From positions 62,001 through 126,000 of the forward strand of contig CT868660.1 in assembly GCA_000165425.1 (NCBI GenBank): 64,000 nucleotides of DNA, written 5' to 3'. The stretch comes from Paramecium tetraurelia. Lineage: Eukaryota. The notes beneath the pieces were generated by a model that saw nothing but the letters and a program-made list of their open reading frames with translations, had not been told where the DNA came from and ran no database searches. The translations under genes and the position numbers were made by a program. The stretch's first letter is position 1, and every line of letters starts with the position of its first letter. Of the stretch, positions 45,082 to 59,696 are shown piece by piece.

Positions 45082-46590
45082 TCAATGTAAATTAAATAGG
45101 TTTTTCCTAACATTTTACACTTTATTCACATTGTATGGTTTTTTGGCTGCTTAAATTAATTCTTACTAAGCTTCATGTAGAATATCGCAAATGCGATTTG
45201 CTGCATTTTTTTTACTGTGAATAATAACGGTATTGGGACAGGTTGTATTAGACTAAGATAATTATAATTAGATATTACATCACTTTAGATGGGAGTAGTA
45301 AGAGATGAGTTCTCTATTTCTTTTGTCAGCATTTCACTAAATTCATTGATTTCTTATTCATTTTGAAAATCTTCTTCTTTATAGAATTATTAAAATTATT
45401 ATTATGTTATGATGTTTTCTTAAAGAAGTGTTTCCAAAACTACTTGTCTACTTGATAATCTTGATTAATGTTTTGGTTTTACACTAGGAGATAACATTGG
45501 AGAATCATCAAATTGTGAGGAACAGAAATTAAATTACTTATTTATCTGAACTTCTTCAGATTCATCAGATGAATCCATAATACTTGATCTAATAGTGTTG
45601 AATGTTTCTAATAAATTTAACTTTGACTTTTGAGACAAATGATTTTATCTTTAGTACGGTTATGAATTTAGTAAGATATAGAACTCGCTTTCTCCAAAAT
45701 AGTTGATGAAAAGTTAGTTAAACAAGAGTTCTTGAACTGATTAAACGTTATTGTTAATCATTTCTTAGACAGTGTCTATTTAATCAGGGAATCTAGATAA
45801 TAATTATTTAACTTACTATATAATTAAGTAAGCCTTAATTAATTGGACGTCTTAAAATATTTCCTTAGAATATTCATGTGTCATTCTTTCAATCAGGCAA
45901 TTGTCTAAGATGTCCATATTGCAATTATCATCCAATAGAATAACGTTTGAAGCCTATAACAAAATATATACGACTTTTACTAAAAATTTATTTAGAATGA
46001 ATCCTTCATTATGGTATTTGTACAACATTTTTAATAATCCAAAAAAGGATTATTCGAAGGGCAATCCATTTATTGGCTTTCCATTTAAATATGAAATGAC
46101 GATATAGACATATTGTTCATCCTCATATATATATTCATATTTTTAGTTCCTAATTATCCTTTTCAAATATTGTCTGCCTTCAGATTTTGAATACTATTTT
46201 ATTGACTTTAGCATCCCACTCATTCTATCTCGAGCTTGTAAGATCTATTTATAACAACAAATAATTACTGTGAATTTCTCTAATTAGAACAACACTTTCT
46301 CAATTTCATAATACGATTGAATATCCAAGTGAGTGCATCTTTAGTTTATCATCTAGTAAAACTACTATAAATCAGGCCCGTTGATATTTATTGAACCATA
46401 TTTATTTTAAAGTGTCACTCCTCTCTCATCTAAATTGATAAAAGTTTCCATCAAATTTATATATTAACTATTGGCATATAATTGACCTGAGATCACTTTA
46501 AATGTCTGTAGGTCGTCATCAGAGTACAACTAAAATGTTTATTCCTTCAAATTAAACAAAATAATTTACTTCTTCGTCATCTGAGTTCAT
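45082..46590 (-). CDS. Hypothetical protein, possibly a degenerate kinase-like fold
   Basis: MNSDDEEVNYLF.. with several short introns. YIYEDEQCLYIVISYLNG and YKYHNEGFI..ASNVILL faintly resemble kinase subdomains IV-VI but without catalytic motifs. Confidence 0.5.
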
Positions 46591-48032
46591 AGCCCAATTA
46601 TATTAAATGGGATTCCAAAAGGATTCAGCAAATATAGAATCTTAAATCATTTATCTAAATATTTTTTTTAATAATTATCATTTTATAGCTTATAATATAT
46701 ACTTATATAGCCTTTCATATCATTTTGAATTTCAAATATATGAAACAATTCATTTTTATACCAAATTTAATTAATCATTATTTACATATTTGTAAGATTT
46801 GCCTCATTATGACTAAATATATATTTTCTTTTTAATTCAACTTGTAAATAATTTCTTTATCTTTCATTCCACTTCATAATTATCCTTTATTTGACTAAAT
46901 TATGAAAAAATTGCTTGTTCCAATTCTAATATTTTAGTTCTAGCCTTTACATCAACCTTATAATTCTTTTAAACATTTACGTTTTTCAATCTAATAATAT
47001 AAGTTTCATCCACCTTTTGTCACCATAGATTTACCTTCATTTTCTTGATGATCCTATATTTCTAAGACTAATAAACTTACTTTATTTTGAATATTTGATG
47101 ATCTTAATCTATGCAAACAATTGAATTCGATTTTTTATTATTTATTTAAATAATATAAAAAATCAAATAAACTGAAAGATGTATATTTATTTAAACATCC
47201 CCACAATTATTGAATTCTAAATTAAACTCACATTTCTAATCAAAATATAAATTATGCTTTTTTATATAAATTACTTTCATTTTTGAAATAATTGATGGAA
47301 ATAAGTTACTTAAAAATCAACATTGATTATTAAATGAGTTAGCTTCTATTATAATCTACATTATTCTCTAATAAAAAGAATAGAAATACAAATCCATAAA
47401 GATTCTATAATAGGATCATGAAATCAAAATTGACTTTCTTATTAGATTAAAATTATTTTAAAAATAGTAAACAAAAGCCAATGAATATTAAACTTATTTA
47501 TTTTTTAATAATTTGTAATTTAATCAACTAATTGTCAAAGTCTGAGACCAGCTTTTTATTTTAGGGAAACAAATCAATTAGAGTTGAATACTAAGAATTT
47601 CAAAAAATATTAAGCTATCCTACATTTTAGAAAACAAATACTCATGTTGAATTACAATTAATCTCAATAATCTATAATAAACTAATCCACTTTAGCATTG
47701 ATTGAATAAATTCTTTGATATTGAGTTAAACAATAGAATTACCTAATAAATAGACACTAAGATATTCTAGTTTAATGTAAATGTGGCAAATCTTCATTTC
47801 TAATTTGATTATTACTTATATATAAGATTTGAAACTAACAGTCTAAGCTTAGATTACTTAGAAGAAGGAAATTAAATAGAAAAATTCAATTTATTTGAAT
47901 ATTAAAATAAAGAAGAATTTATCGAAATTCAAATTAAAAACAAGACGTAGAAGCAAATAATGAATTCTTAATAAGATGATAGAAATAATAAAAATTATCA
48001 ATTATTAAATTATAAATTGTGATTAACAATTA

Positions 48033-50082
48033 ATGTTAACGAGAAGAAAAAGTTCTGAATTAATTGAACCAGAGATTGTTAAAAAGATCAAAGGAAATGA
48101 TGAGAGCAACTTGAAAGTTTTTATAAAAAACAAGCAAACCAGAAAAGTCTTAGAAGTAAGAATTTAATAATAACTTGAAAGAGTCGAGGCATTGCAAATT
48201 TATTTCCAATCCAATAATAATGTTTTGAAACAATTTATAATGGAGATGATATAATAGGGTAAGATAGAACAGGTTCAGGTAAAACTCTTGCATATTGCCT
48301 CCCAATTCTTGAAAGAATAAGAGGATTAGGATTAAAATAAAATAAAAATCCTTATGTATTAGTATTATTACCAACAAGAGAATTGGCAATCCAAGTAACT
48401 ACTGAATTTAATTCTATTTTACATAAAGAAAATGAATACAGAATATATAGTATTTATGGCGGTACAGATCTAAGAAACTAAATTGATTAAGTGAGATAAG
48501 GATGTGAAATTGTAGTTGGTACACCTGGAAGAATATAGGACCTTTTGGAAAGAAAGGTTCTAAAGTTAGATGAAATTTAAGTGGTTGTTTTGGATGAGGC
48601 AGATCAAATGTTGAATTTTGGATTTTAGGAAAATATTGAAAAGATCATGTCCTATTTCAATGATAGAAAAATTTAAATGCTGTTATTTAGTGCTACAATA
48701 CCTGATTGGGTAAAGGAACTATCATAAAAATATATGGAAGCTAATACTAAACATATTAATTTAATAAAGAGACATGAGGTAACTCTATTATTCTAAATAT
48801 TTAGACTTAAACTTCAACTACAGTTAAACATTATGCTCTCTAATGTGCTAAAAATCAATTAACAGGTGCAATAGGTGATGTAGTTTCAGTGTATGGCGGA
48901 AGACATGCAAGAACTATTATCTTCTGTGAGACTAAAAGAGAGTGCAATGAAATTATTTTGCATTCTAAATTACCAGCTGAAACACAACCATTACATGGAG
49001 ACATTCCTTAATAATAAAGAACAGTGACATTTGAAGGATTTAAAAATGGAAAATTCAAATGCTTGGTTGCAACCAATGTTGCTGCTAGAGGTCTGGATTT
49101 CCCATAGGTAGATTTGATTATCTAATGCAATCCTCCTAAAGATATAGAATCATATATCCACAGATCAGGTAGAACTGGTAGAGCTGGAAAGGATGGAATA
49201 TGTATCACTTTCTATTCAAAGAAGGATATGAGTTTGATTGAAAGAGTTGAAAGAGTAGCAAAAATAAAATTCATAAAGATTTCTGCTCCTCAACATTAAG
49301 ATATTATCAAAGCAAGCTCAAGAGATCTATAAACTAGTTTATAAGTAGTTAGTAAAGAAATTGTTGATTTGTTTTAACCTGTGGCTTAAGAAATCTTATC
49401 CAGGTGTGATCCAGTAGAAGCTTTGGCTAGAGCTTTAGCATGTGTGAGTGGTTACAAGGATAAACTATAGAATAGATCTATGTTGGGATCTTTTGAGGGA
49501 TATATCACTTATGTTTTAAGATCATCAACTCCATTCTAGGCTTGCGGTTATATTTGGAAATTCTTAAAGAATAACTTTTCAGAATAAATTTGTAATAGCA
49601 TTAAGGGAATGAAAAAATTAAGAAATGAAAGCGGTGTTGCATTTGATATTAGTGAAGATGTCAAGGAAGAATTCGAAAATCAATACTAGGAAATATCTCA
49701 AAAATGGATATTGCAGAGGAATTGAAATTGAATAAGCTACTAGTCCTTCCAGATATAATTGAAGAATAATTCTAATCTCATCAAAATTATCATTAATAAC
49801 CCTACAGTTTAAGTGTCACAAACGGTTAAAAAAGAATAAGAAATATTTATTGGTGGATTAGATTTTAAGATTACAGAAGATGAAATTAAAAATGAATTCA
49901 AAAATAGAGGAGTCGAGTTATTCAATCTCAGATTATTAAGAGGCTAGGATGGTTAATCAAAAGGATCTGCTTTTGGAGTATGTAGAACTAAAGAAATGGT
50001 ATCAGTGGCAATCAAATAAAACGGTACCAAATTCAGAGGAAGAAATATTCGTGTGAATATGGCCAATGAAAAACCTAAATGA
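48033..50082 (+). CDS. DDX21: DEAD-box RNA helicase DDX21/DDX50 type with GUCT and C-terminal RRM
   Basis: LFPIQ, DRTGSGKTLAY, LPTRELA, YGG, GTPGR, LDEADQML, FSAT, LHGDIPQ, ATNVAARGLD, YIHRSGRTGRAG, QNRSML (GUCT). RRM IFIGGL..SKGSAFG..IRVNMA. Frame problems at ~49700-49800. Confidence 0.92.
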
Positions 50083-50244
50083 TAATTTATTGTATATGTA
50101 TATATAGTAAAATATATTATTAACTTTGAGATAAGGGATTTAAATATATAAAATAATTAATAATTCACATCTATATATAAAAGGATTCTATATAGTGTTA
50201 AAATTGTTAATATAAATATAAATAAAATTGTAGTTTCAATTGAA

Positions 50245-53200
50245 ATGAATTAGTTGTTAACTTTATTAGGCAAGAATTTCACGTTACACTTTAGATCGCG
50301 ATAATTTTGGCTCAATCTATATATTCCCATATTTAGCATACTTGCTTCTTAAATGGCTTAAGAAAAAATATTTATATAATTGCTTCCTATATTTATTTGC
50401 TTGAACAACAACGGAGCAATCAGATAAACCATTCAATTATTTGTATCGGAAAGAACTCGTAAATCCAAAGAATTGTAACTTCAGATTGGATTGAATTTAA
50501 TTTCATATTACTCTTCTTGGATCATTACTGCTGTTACTTTTAGCCTTGTGATTTCAGTAATTTACTTGATTCCTTTTTTTATTATGTAATTAAATGCAGC
50601 AGGCTAAGCTTCAGTAGATGTAATAATATTCATTTAAGGAGATATTCTGTATAATATTGCATTGTCATCTTTCATGCTCTTTTTAAGTATATTTTTTGAG
50701 AGTCCACTCAAAGCAAGCGAATTTTTGAGTCTATTAAATGTGATATTTTCATTTGCTTCATATGTTAACTTTTACCCATATCCTGAATATTCCTTTTTTG
50801 GATAATTAACAGCTGTATTTTTACCTTAATCAGCTTTTTAAATGCTTTTGTTTAGTGAAAATTGGGTTTTTAATATAAGATGGGTTTGCTTAAGTAAAAT
50901 TACATACATAGCATTCTTAATATTCTAAATTATAGTTTATTTGTTTTGTTTTGTATACTTTGATCTAAATAAAGGAACCCTAAAGAACAAATTTTGGAAT
51001 TGTTTCAAAAAGCAAAATTAAACTCATGTTTTCCTTTAAGATGATACATGCGAGTAGAATAGTGGGAATAGAAATTAATAACTATAAAAACCATTTTTAA
51101 ATATACAATAGGATTTCGAAATTCAAGGATAATCAATTATTAAAGCAGAAAATCTAGGTTATCAAATAGGTGAATAATCAATACTAAAGTCTATTAATTT
51201 AGATGTTTATTAAAATGAAACTTATTGTTTAATTGGTCCTCAAGGGTCTGGTAAATCCACATTGATAAAGATTCTTTAAGGATTAACTCAACAAACTTCG
51301 GGCACAATTAAATTATTTGGATTAGAAATAGATAAGAACTTAAAAAAATAAATTGGTATATGTATGTAATAAGATATTTTGTATGAAGATTTAACTGTGT
51401 AAGAGCATCTATAACTTTATGGTTCAATAAAAGGAATAACTGAAGAATAATTAACTATTCAGATTAATAATATCCTTATTTTTTGCTAATTAGTTGCAGA
51501 AACAAATTTAAAGGCTAGTAAACTAACTAGTTTAAATTCTAGAAAATTGTGTATAGCAATTTCAATGATTGGAAATCCTCAAGTATTATTTTATGATGAA
51601 CCAAGTTAAGACTTGGATGCATAAGCAAAATAGTAAATTTGGTAAATTTTAAAATAAATTCGATTAAATAGAACTATTGTTTTTACTAGTTTATAATTTG
51701 AGGAGGCTGAGCAAATAGCTAATAGAATGGGGGTTTTAATAAATGGTTAAATTGTGGCATAAGGAACTCCAGAGTTTATTAAAAATAATTTTGGAATTGG
51801 TTATAATCTGAATATGAAATTCACAGATGAAAATCAACTATTAATTGAAAAACCAAAAATCCAATTATCATTATAAAGAATTGATAGTTTAATATAAGCT
51901 ATTCAAAGAGATGAAACTACTCTACTTTCTGTATTACCTATAAACAAAATGGATTAATTTCATCAAATATTCTCATATTTAGAGTAGAATTCTAAATGTA
52001 TCTTCTCGTTAAAGTATAATTAATTAGAGGATTGTTATAAGTCAATCGACAACTCAGAAGGTTAAGATAATATCGATTTTAATGCTCAAGGAATATTTCA
52101 TTAATAACCTTAAATAGAATTAAGGTCCCAAATTCATGGCTTGATAAAGAGAAAGTTATTATTAATTCTCACTGAGAAAGACAAATAAATCAAGTATATA
52201 TTTTAGTACTTTTTAATTGCTTTGGCTGTTATGTTTGGCATGTTTTCAGCTTTTAGATTTGTGTTTTTCTATTTAGGAATAAAGGCTATGACATGTATTC
52301 TATTTACAGATTATTAATTTGAGGAAAAGAATACTCAAATGAAATAGTTTCTATTGGCCAGTGGTGTATCTATTCGTACATATTGGCTAGGTACTCTATT
52401 CACAGATTTGATCATTTCATTTGTTGAAGGTATCTACACTGCAGGTTTGTTGTGGATTTATAATGTTGGTCATTTTGGATTTCACTTTTTTGCTGTTACT
52501 TTGTTAATAACTATTTTTGGTTTTAGTTTGAGTTGCTAAGTGAATTATTTTATGTAAAAGTCACAATCAGGTAACTTATGTTTTGGCATAACTTTTTTGA
52601 CTGTATTTGTTTTTTATCTGATATTCTTGTGTATTATGTTAGGAATAGCCTTACCTGGAGTATCTCCTGGTGTATCTCTTTTAGCTATGATGATGATGAT
52701 AGTTTCACCATATATGGCTTGTTACATAGGTTTTGGAATGAGTCCAAGTCTACTGAATCTAGCTATTTTTGGTTATTGGTCTTGTTTATTATTTTTACTA
52801 ATTGGAGGAGGCTTATATTTTTTGATTTTAATAACTACAGAAACTAAATAACACAAATAAATAGAAGAAGAAATGCATGATACAAATCCTGTAATAGATT
52901 TATAAGATGTTCAGTGGAAATATGGATCTATTGTAACAAGAGAGAAGATCAATTTCTAAATTAATAAATAAGAGATATATGGATTAGTGGGACCTAAAAA
53001 TGCTGGAAAGTCACAATTAATAAATTTAATCAATAGGTATGATCAGCCTGTAAATGGAAAGATTAGAATACGAGATTAAAACACCCATGTTGGTTTGGCT
53101 CCTCAATTTTAGATTTTCAAATCATTACTCACTGTACGATAAATGCTAGAATTCTCTGGCAAAATCAAAGGGTAATAAAATCTTGATTAGAGTATTGATA

Positions 53201-53941
53201 TATTCTTAAAAGCATTTGATATGTTTGAAATTAAATACAAATAAATTCAATATCTCAATGAAGCTGAAATGAGGAAACTCCATTTGGGTATGGCATTGAT
53301 GGGAGGTTCAAATAGGTTGTTTTTAGATGAAATACTCTAAGGATTGGATCTGAAATCTAAAAGAAAGGTTTCTTAAATAATTCAATAAACTTCAATTAAC
53401 AACGAAGCTGGTATTCTACTAACAACTTAATCCATCTAAGACACCTTATTAATTTGCAATAGAATTGGAATTTTCATTAATGGAGTTGTAATAGCTTAAG
53501 GAACAATAAGCGAACTACAAGATTAACTTGGAAAATATGCTAGATTTAGTGTAAAAACTGTATTTGGATACAAAGAATAAACTCATGATTTTATTTGTTA
53601 GACCTTACAATAATAATCGTATGCTATATAACCCATCTTCGATGCAAGAGAAAAGTAAATATTTATTTTATCAATGTAGTTTTTTGTCTTATATGATTCC
53701 AGCTTCGTAATTTAAGATGTCTAATCTCTTTTCATTTTTGTATTTAGAACTCTAATTGAAAAGTAAGTTGATAAATGAATTTCAAATCTATGAACCAAAT
53801 TTAGAATAAACTTTAGAATTCTTTGCCTCCTAATAAATGATGGTCTTGAAAGCTTATCATTTAAGTTAAAATGGTTAGGATGATTTCAATTTCGGATGTG
53901 GACTTCGATCAATTACAGCTATGTTTTGTATATTCTGGTGA
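50245..53941 (+). CDS. ABCA-subfamily transporter, compact and motif-degenerate (TMD-NBD-TMD-NBD)
   Basis: QLLTLLGKNFTLHFRS, VSERTRKSKELQLQIGL. NBD1 GPQGSGKST/CMQQDILYEDLTVQEHL/FYDEPS. EEKNTQMKQFLLASGVSIRTYWLG. NBD2 GPKNAGKS/APQFQIF/FLDE. One intron near 53655. Confidence 0.9.
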
Positions 53942-54374
53942 TTGATTAATTTATTTAGTTTGTAATTATTATTATTTTCAAATTCAGAATAACAAATAAA
54001 CACTATCAATTTGCTAATTTATTTGTAAATCTATGTTTTTAAAATTAATTCAATTTTTATTAAATTAAAATTACTCATTATTGAATACAAAGAGATTTAT
54101 GAAATAGGATTTAGACTAAGAGTTTAATACCTCTAATTCTTAATCAAATAGTATGAATCTAATGAATCAACAATATTTACTATCTGTAATATACTTAAAT
54201 TTTATAATTATATATTATATTAATTGTCAAAGTTGTGATTTATTTGAATTGACAACTTCAATGATGTATGAATTCGCCTCTACCATAAATTATAACTTCT
54301 GATAATGAATTGTAATAAATTCTGCTTACGATAGTTATAATTATTAATTTTATAAATAAATTTCTGTTTTAATA

Positions 54375-56863
54375 ATGTTAAGAGAGGATTTAACAATATT
54401 TCCTAATACTCCATAAATATAAAGTCTTTTTAATCCTACTCCAAACAATCCTATGACTGCTTTTGTTGCAAGATCCTGTTATAAGTATAATTAACTGCAA
54501 AGAAACAAATAATAAAGAATCGTTATATAACACATACCTTCTAAACATAGACCAAATGAATCGAGACAGATATCTTTACCAAGAGCGTTGTAAGCCATAA
54601 AGAAATAACAATTAGAATGTATTTAATTATAACTTAATATTTAGCATTAAGAAGATAATCTCAATAAAAGGATGGGACTGTAAGTTTAGTTTTTTCGGAT
54701 GTAAAAGAGGAGGAGTTGATCTTATAGAAGATTGATAAATTCTAGTATTTGTAGCATAAACTATAAACGAGTAATGATGATTTGGTTGAAGAAAGAAAAA
54801 CAAACATGAATGAGTTAGAGAAGTCAACTTCTAAGATGAAAGGTGTGATTGAGAACGATAAAACAAAATCTATATTATGAGATTTATTGGGAGGAATGTA
54901 ATAGAAAATTGATGAAGTTGCACACGAGAATCACATGAGAATAATGGGAATGTAAATCAAGTCATTCAAATTACAAGAATAATAATCTATTAGAAGTAAG
55001 GCTATGTCTCAAGAGAAAGAGAGAGAGACATCAAAATCATATGCTGAGAAAAGAGATTTGTATAGTCGTTCAGTTTAGAAGAGAAGACATTAATCACCTT
55101 CAAATAAAATGAAAAATATATCATAATAAAGTATGAAGACAAATCAAAATTTCAGATTTTCACTAACAGATTACTCCTCTTTAAGTAGAGAATAGTTGTT
55201 TTAAATGAAATTACTAAGTTACCACTATTTGATTTTTATAGTTTCTACACAAAGCAATTTTTATGTTTAACCATCTGAAAATGTGACTGAGTTAAAATTC
55301 AAAGTTGGAAAAGGAAATAATAGTTTATTAATAAAGGAACTGTTTAAATCTAGATGGTGGTGGAATTTAAACTAAGAGGCTGATAATAAGGAATTAAATT
55401 TTATTTGGACATAAATTAAGGTTCCTCAATTTATGAATCTATAAGAATGGAGCAAAGACCCATTTATTACAAGATAAAAATCGTTGTCTTAAACATCTAC
55501 TGATTTAAGAAAAACAAGAAGACAACAGCAATCTCCTAAAAATAATAAACAAAGTTATAAATTTGGAAAATTTGATGATCCTTTGTAGAAATTAATTATA
55601 GAATAAGATGTGAATGAACTAAAGTCTATGGAAAAGTCTATTCAAAGTTTTATTAAATATGCTGAAAAGAAGGACTTAAAACTAATTGATAATGTTAATA
55701 GAGTAATAAACTATCCAATTATTTAGATTCATAATCATATTGAGAGAAATTATCATCTGGGTAATAAGAAAGCCATGTTCCATAATATGAAGAAATATTA
55801 TGAATTAACAAAGCAAGAGCTATTTCTCCATTTACCTATCACATTCCATGTTTCTGGAGTCAAAGACAAATCCTATTAATAGTTTATGGAATATTATAAA
55901 TAGAAGTATTTTAGACATATTTAAAAGGAAGGGAAACAATATCTGGATTGTAAAGCCAGGAGAATTCACCAACAGAGGAAATGGAATCATTGTTTGTTAA
56001 TCATTAGCTGAAATTCATAAAATCGTAAGCAAAAGGCAAGTGCATCCCAATGGCAAACCATTTACATATTTGATACAAAAATATATTGAAAAACCGTTCT
56101 TATACAATAAAAGAAAGTTTGACATCAGATGTTACTTTTTGATAACTCAATTGAATAGCATTATCAGAGCCTATTGGTATGAAGAAGGTTACATCAGAAC
56201 TTCAAGTGAAGAATTTGATATCAAGGATGTGAGTAATTAGTATGTGCATTTAACCAATGATGCTATATAAAAATATAGTGAAGCTTATGGAAAATATGAA
56301 AATGGGAACAAGTTGTCTTTTGCAGAATTCTAAAGATATCTAGATAAATGGCACAGCAATGAACATTTGAATTTCTATAAGGATTTATATCCCTAATTGA
56401 AGATGATCACTTTGAATGCTATCAAATCTGTATACCATAAGATCGAGCCATACAAAAGAAACTACAACTTTGAAATTTTTGGATTAGACTTTATGATAGA
56501 TGAGAAATTCTAACCGTATTTAATTGAAATCAATACCAATCCTTGTTTAGAATTAAGTTCTCCTCTGTTAGGCAGAATTATTCCTGCTATGGTAGAGAAT
56601 GCCTTCAGGTAAATACATCTATATTATCATGTAGATTATCTATTGATACATTAATTCCACCTCCAGAATAGTCTACTTGGCCACCCAACAAAAAACATCT
56701 ATTGTTTTATGATAATATGCTAGAGAATAATAGATTCTAATTGATTTTTGATGAAAGAGAGGATGCCCAAGAATTAAAAATGTTGTATAGCAATTAATCA
56801 AATGATGATCAAATAGACGAAATGGATGAAGAAGAAGAAGAATATCAGTCTGATGATGATTGA
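54375..56863 (+). CDS. Tubulin-tyrosine ligase-like (TTLL) protein
   Basis: VGKGNNS, LNFIWTQ, LGNKKAMF, LPITF, IWIVKPGEFTNRGNGI, LIQKYIEKPFLYNKRKFDIR, EGYIRTSS, HLTNDAIQK, FEIFGLDFMID, LIEINTNP. Subfamily (glycylase vs glutamylase) not determined. Confidence 0.93.
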
Positions 56864-56886
56864 TTCAAATAACCTTAAATTTATAC

Positions 56887-57532
56887 TCAATCATATCCTA
56901 CATAATCTTCAGCAATAACTTATTTAACTTAATCAACATTTTGACAAAGCATCTTTTCGAATCTATTTTTTAATGTAGTTGCTGTGGCAGGACATTCTAC
57001 ACAGGATCCTTTCTTATACAAGTATAAGATTCCATTCAATTCATCAAATTCTCGAAATACTATGTCTCCTCCAATCTCTTAAAAATCAGGTCTAATTCTA
57101 TGATTTAATATATCTTTAATCAATTAAATAGGCTATGTTTCAAATTATTTCTTACTTTACTGTCATCATCTTAAATAACTGAGTCTTTGTTTTGTTTGAA
57201 TCCCTCAAAAAGGAATTGTTTCTCTGAACCTTCTTGATTAGATTCATATTAATCGAAAATCTATTCAAAAATTCTTGATCTCAAATCATCCCATTTACTT
57301 TCATTTTTTTTTGATATTGATATATAATCCATACCATAGAATTCTCTGGTCACCCCGTTATGTTAAATAGGTTTTAAGCAAGTGGTGAACATTAAGCATC
57401 TTTTGCTCTTGGAAAATCATAGGTTCCATCTTTCATCACCTATTTTCCAATTGGAATGAATTTTAGAAAATTAGGATTTGGAACTTGCTTAACCTATATT
57501 AATAACTTGTATATATTTTTAAATTTTAACAT
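56887..57532 (-). CDS. NFU1: NFU1 iron-sulfur cluster scaffold
   Basis: IQVKQVPNPNFLKFIP, SPLAQ.LF, GMDYISISK..WDDL, RIRPDFQEIGGDIVF, KGSCVECP (CxxC). Confidence 0.9.
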
Positions 57533-57566
57533 TAGAATTAATTATAAAGCTCAACTATTCTTATAT

Positions 57567-59275
57567 TCACATTATACTGCAATTACAAACTATCTTTGTA
57601 TCTCTTCTAGATTCCATGTTTAATAATTATGATGGATCCTTTTTAACTGTCTCATCAAAATAAAAGACTTTCTTCTCAAAATATCTTTTTTATTACTGTA
57701 TTGTACCTTAAATTGCTGGCTGAGTATATAAGAGACGGTTTTGATATTTGTTTTGTTTATCCAATCAAAGTAATCTCATTTAATTTGAATGATATAGCTT
57801 GAATTTAGAATGTTTAAGTTGTGTTGCCTCCCAGAATTATTAATGCTTTTTATTTGAATACATCATCCACCATCTTTGTCACAGAAGCATTGTAAAAATG
57901 GTTATAAACCTTCTCAGTTGCAATAATGTTTTGATAATTAATAGTAAGAGTATCAACTATCGAGAATTTTCCAAAATTCAAACTCAAATTGGCTTAATCT
58001 GTCATTGAAAACTATTTAAAACTATTAGATTATATATACTAGCTTGGCTCTAGCTATATGTTCCAATATTAACTTTAAACTAACATATTCGCAAGTTTAA
58101 TTAGCCTCAATCAACTCTTAATCAACTTCTTTTTCATATTCTAATAATGGATTGCCACCCATTATAAAGATGTATTTCTAATCCACTGATCTGTGTTCAG
58201 CATCTACTTTCTCCTTATCCTCATTATCCTTATCTTACCAAATCAGACCTTTGTCTTTAATCAGATCAAAAACTATAGGATTCATTCTTGATTTTGTCAT
58301 TGTTATCGTTAGTACAGGTGTTAATGTAACCTCTCTTCTTTTTATTTCAAACACTTTTATAGTTTTCAAAGGTTTCTTTTCTCCTCTCTATAAATGATGT
58401 CCTCCAATCACAAGAAGCACACTCTTCCATTAATATTCATGTTCGCATTCAATTAAATATAATAATGGATCTTACCTTGGTTTGTCTTCATTCAGATTTA
58501 ATGAAACTAAAGGTTTATCCTTATTGTCATTAATTAACATGTCTGAACTAAAGATATGCACTTTTCCTAATTTGTTATCGTAGATATAGAATCTTCCAGT
58601 GGTCTTCTCTTGAACTATTGATAAAGAAGGCCTTTATCCACCAAAATCTTAAATCTTTAACTGTTTCTCCCACTTAGTGTTATTCCCTAAATGTTGGCTA
58701 ATCAAAGAAAGACTTTTTGGAGCCATAAAACAAATCTTAGAAATCTGATTTTTATATAGTCTAACATATTGCTTCTTTGTTGGTGCAATATCTTTTTCTA
58801 CAGAGGCTCCGCTTACCTTTAACTCCCTTTCTTTTCTTTTAATTCGAGCTAACATTATTATTGACAATACTTTTGTCTAAATGTTTAGCTTCCTCATATG
58901 GTATACCCTCATTCTTAAATATTGTCTTGTAATTATAAATTAAATTGAATGAAACAATTTCAGGTATTTTGGTTAGCAATTAAACTTCTTAGAAAAAATT
59001 GACTTTTTCTTCTTAAGATTCTTCTTCTATTTTATCTTTCAATTATGATGTTTAAAGTGACATAGGGTTATAAAATGCTCTTAGTTATTCACATAAATAT
59101 ATCATACTGATTTCCTTTAAGAATATTATCAATTGTAAGACTTGAATCATCCACAGGTTTGTGAATCATCTTGCTTTAATCCTTTTGTTACTAGGTACCA
59201 TAAATGTTTCTGAATGTTAAAAATTTAATACCTGTTCTAATTTATCATGTCGTTGAAGTCAATACTATCACTCAT
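57567..59275 (-). CDS. Hypothetical protein with kelch-like segments
   Basis: Starts MSDSIDFNDM followed by an intron. Later VLLVIGG and YIFIMGG segments. Long open code-6 frames. Confidence 0.55.
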
Positions 59276-59696
59276 TTTAATTATTTTTTCATTTTTATAA
59301 ACAAAAAATTCATTTTTACTAGAGAAGAGAAAAAAAGTTTCTTTAAAGACTTTAAATTAATTATTGATATTGTTTGTGTCATTTTGATCTTCATTTTTCT
59401 AGTTTTAGATTTAATCAAATCTAATTTGATGAAATAACATACCAATTTAGATACTAATGTAATTTCTTTATATTGTTTATTAATTAGGAGAATATGACAT
59501 CATCATCCGTAAAAGGATTTAAAATTTAGTGAAGATACTAAATTGCTGTTTTATTAGTATTAAAGTACTGAAAAGGTTCGAAGATTACTTAGAGAATTGA
59601 TGCAAATCTTTAGGTTAAAATAACTAACTATTGATAAAGATAATTATTGAATATATATGACTAATAAATATATAATTAAATTTCAGTTGATAAAAC

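Noticed and set aside
46600..48030. Possible small genes between the hypothetical gene and DDX21
   Set aside because: Coding-like fragments on both strands, but interrupted by TGA and without recognisable motifs.
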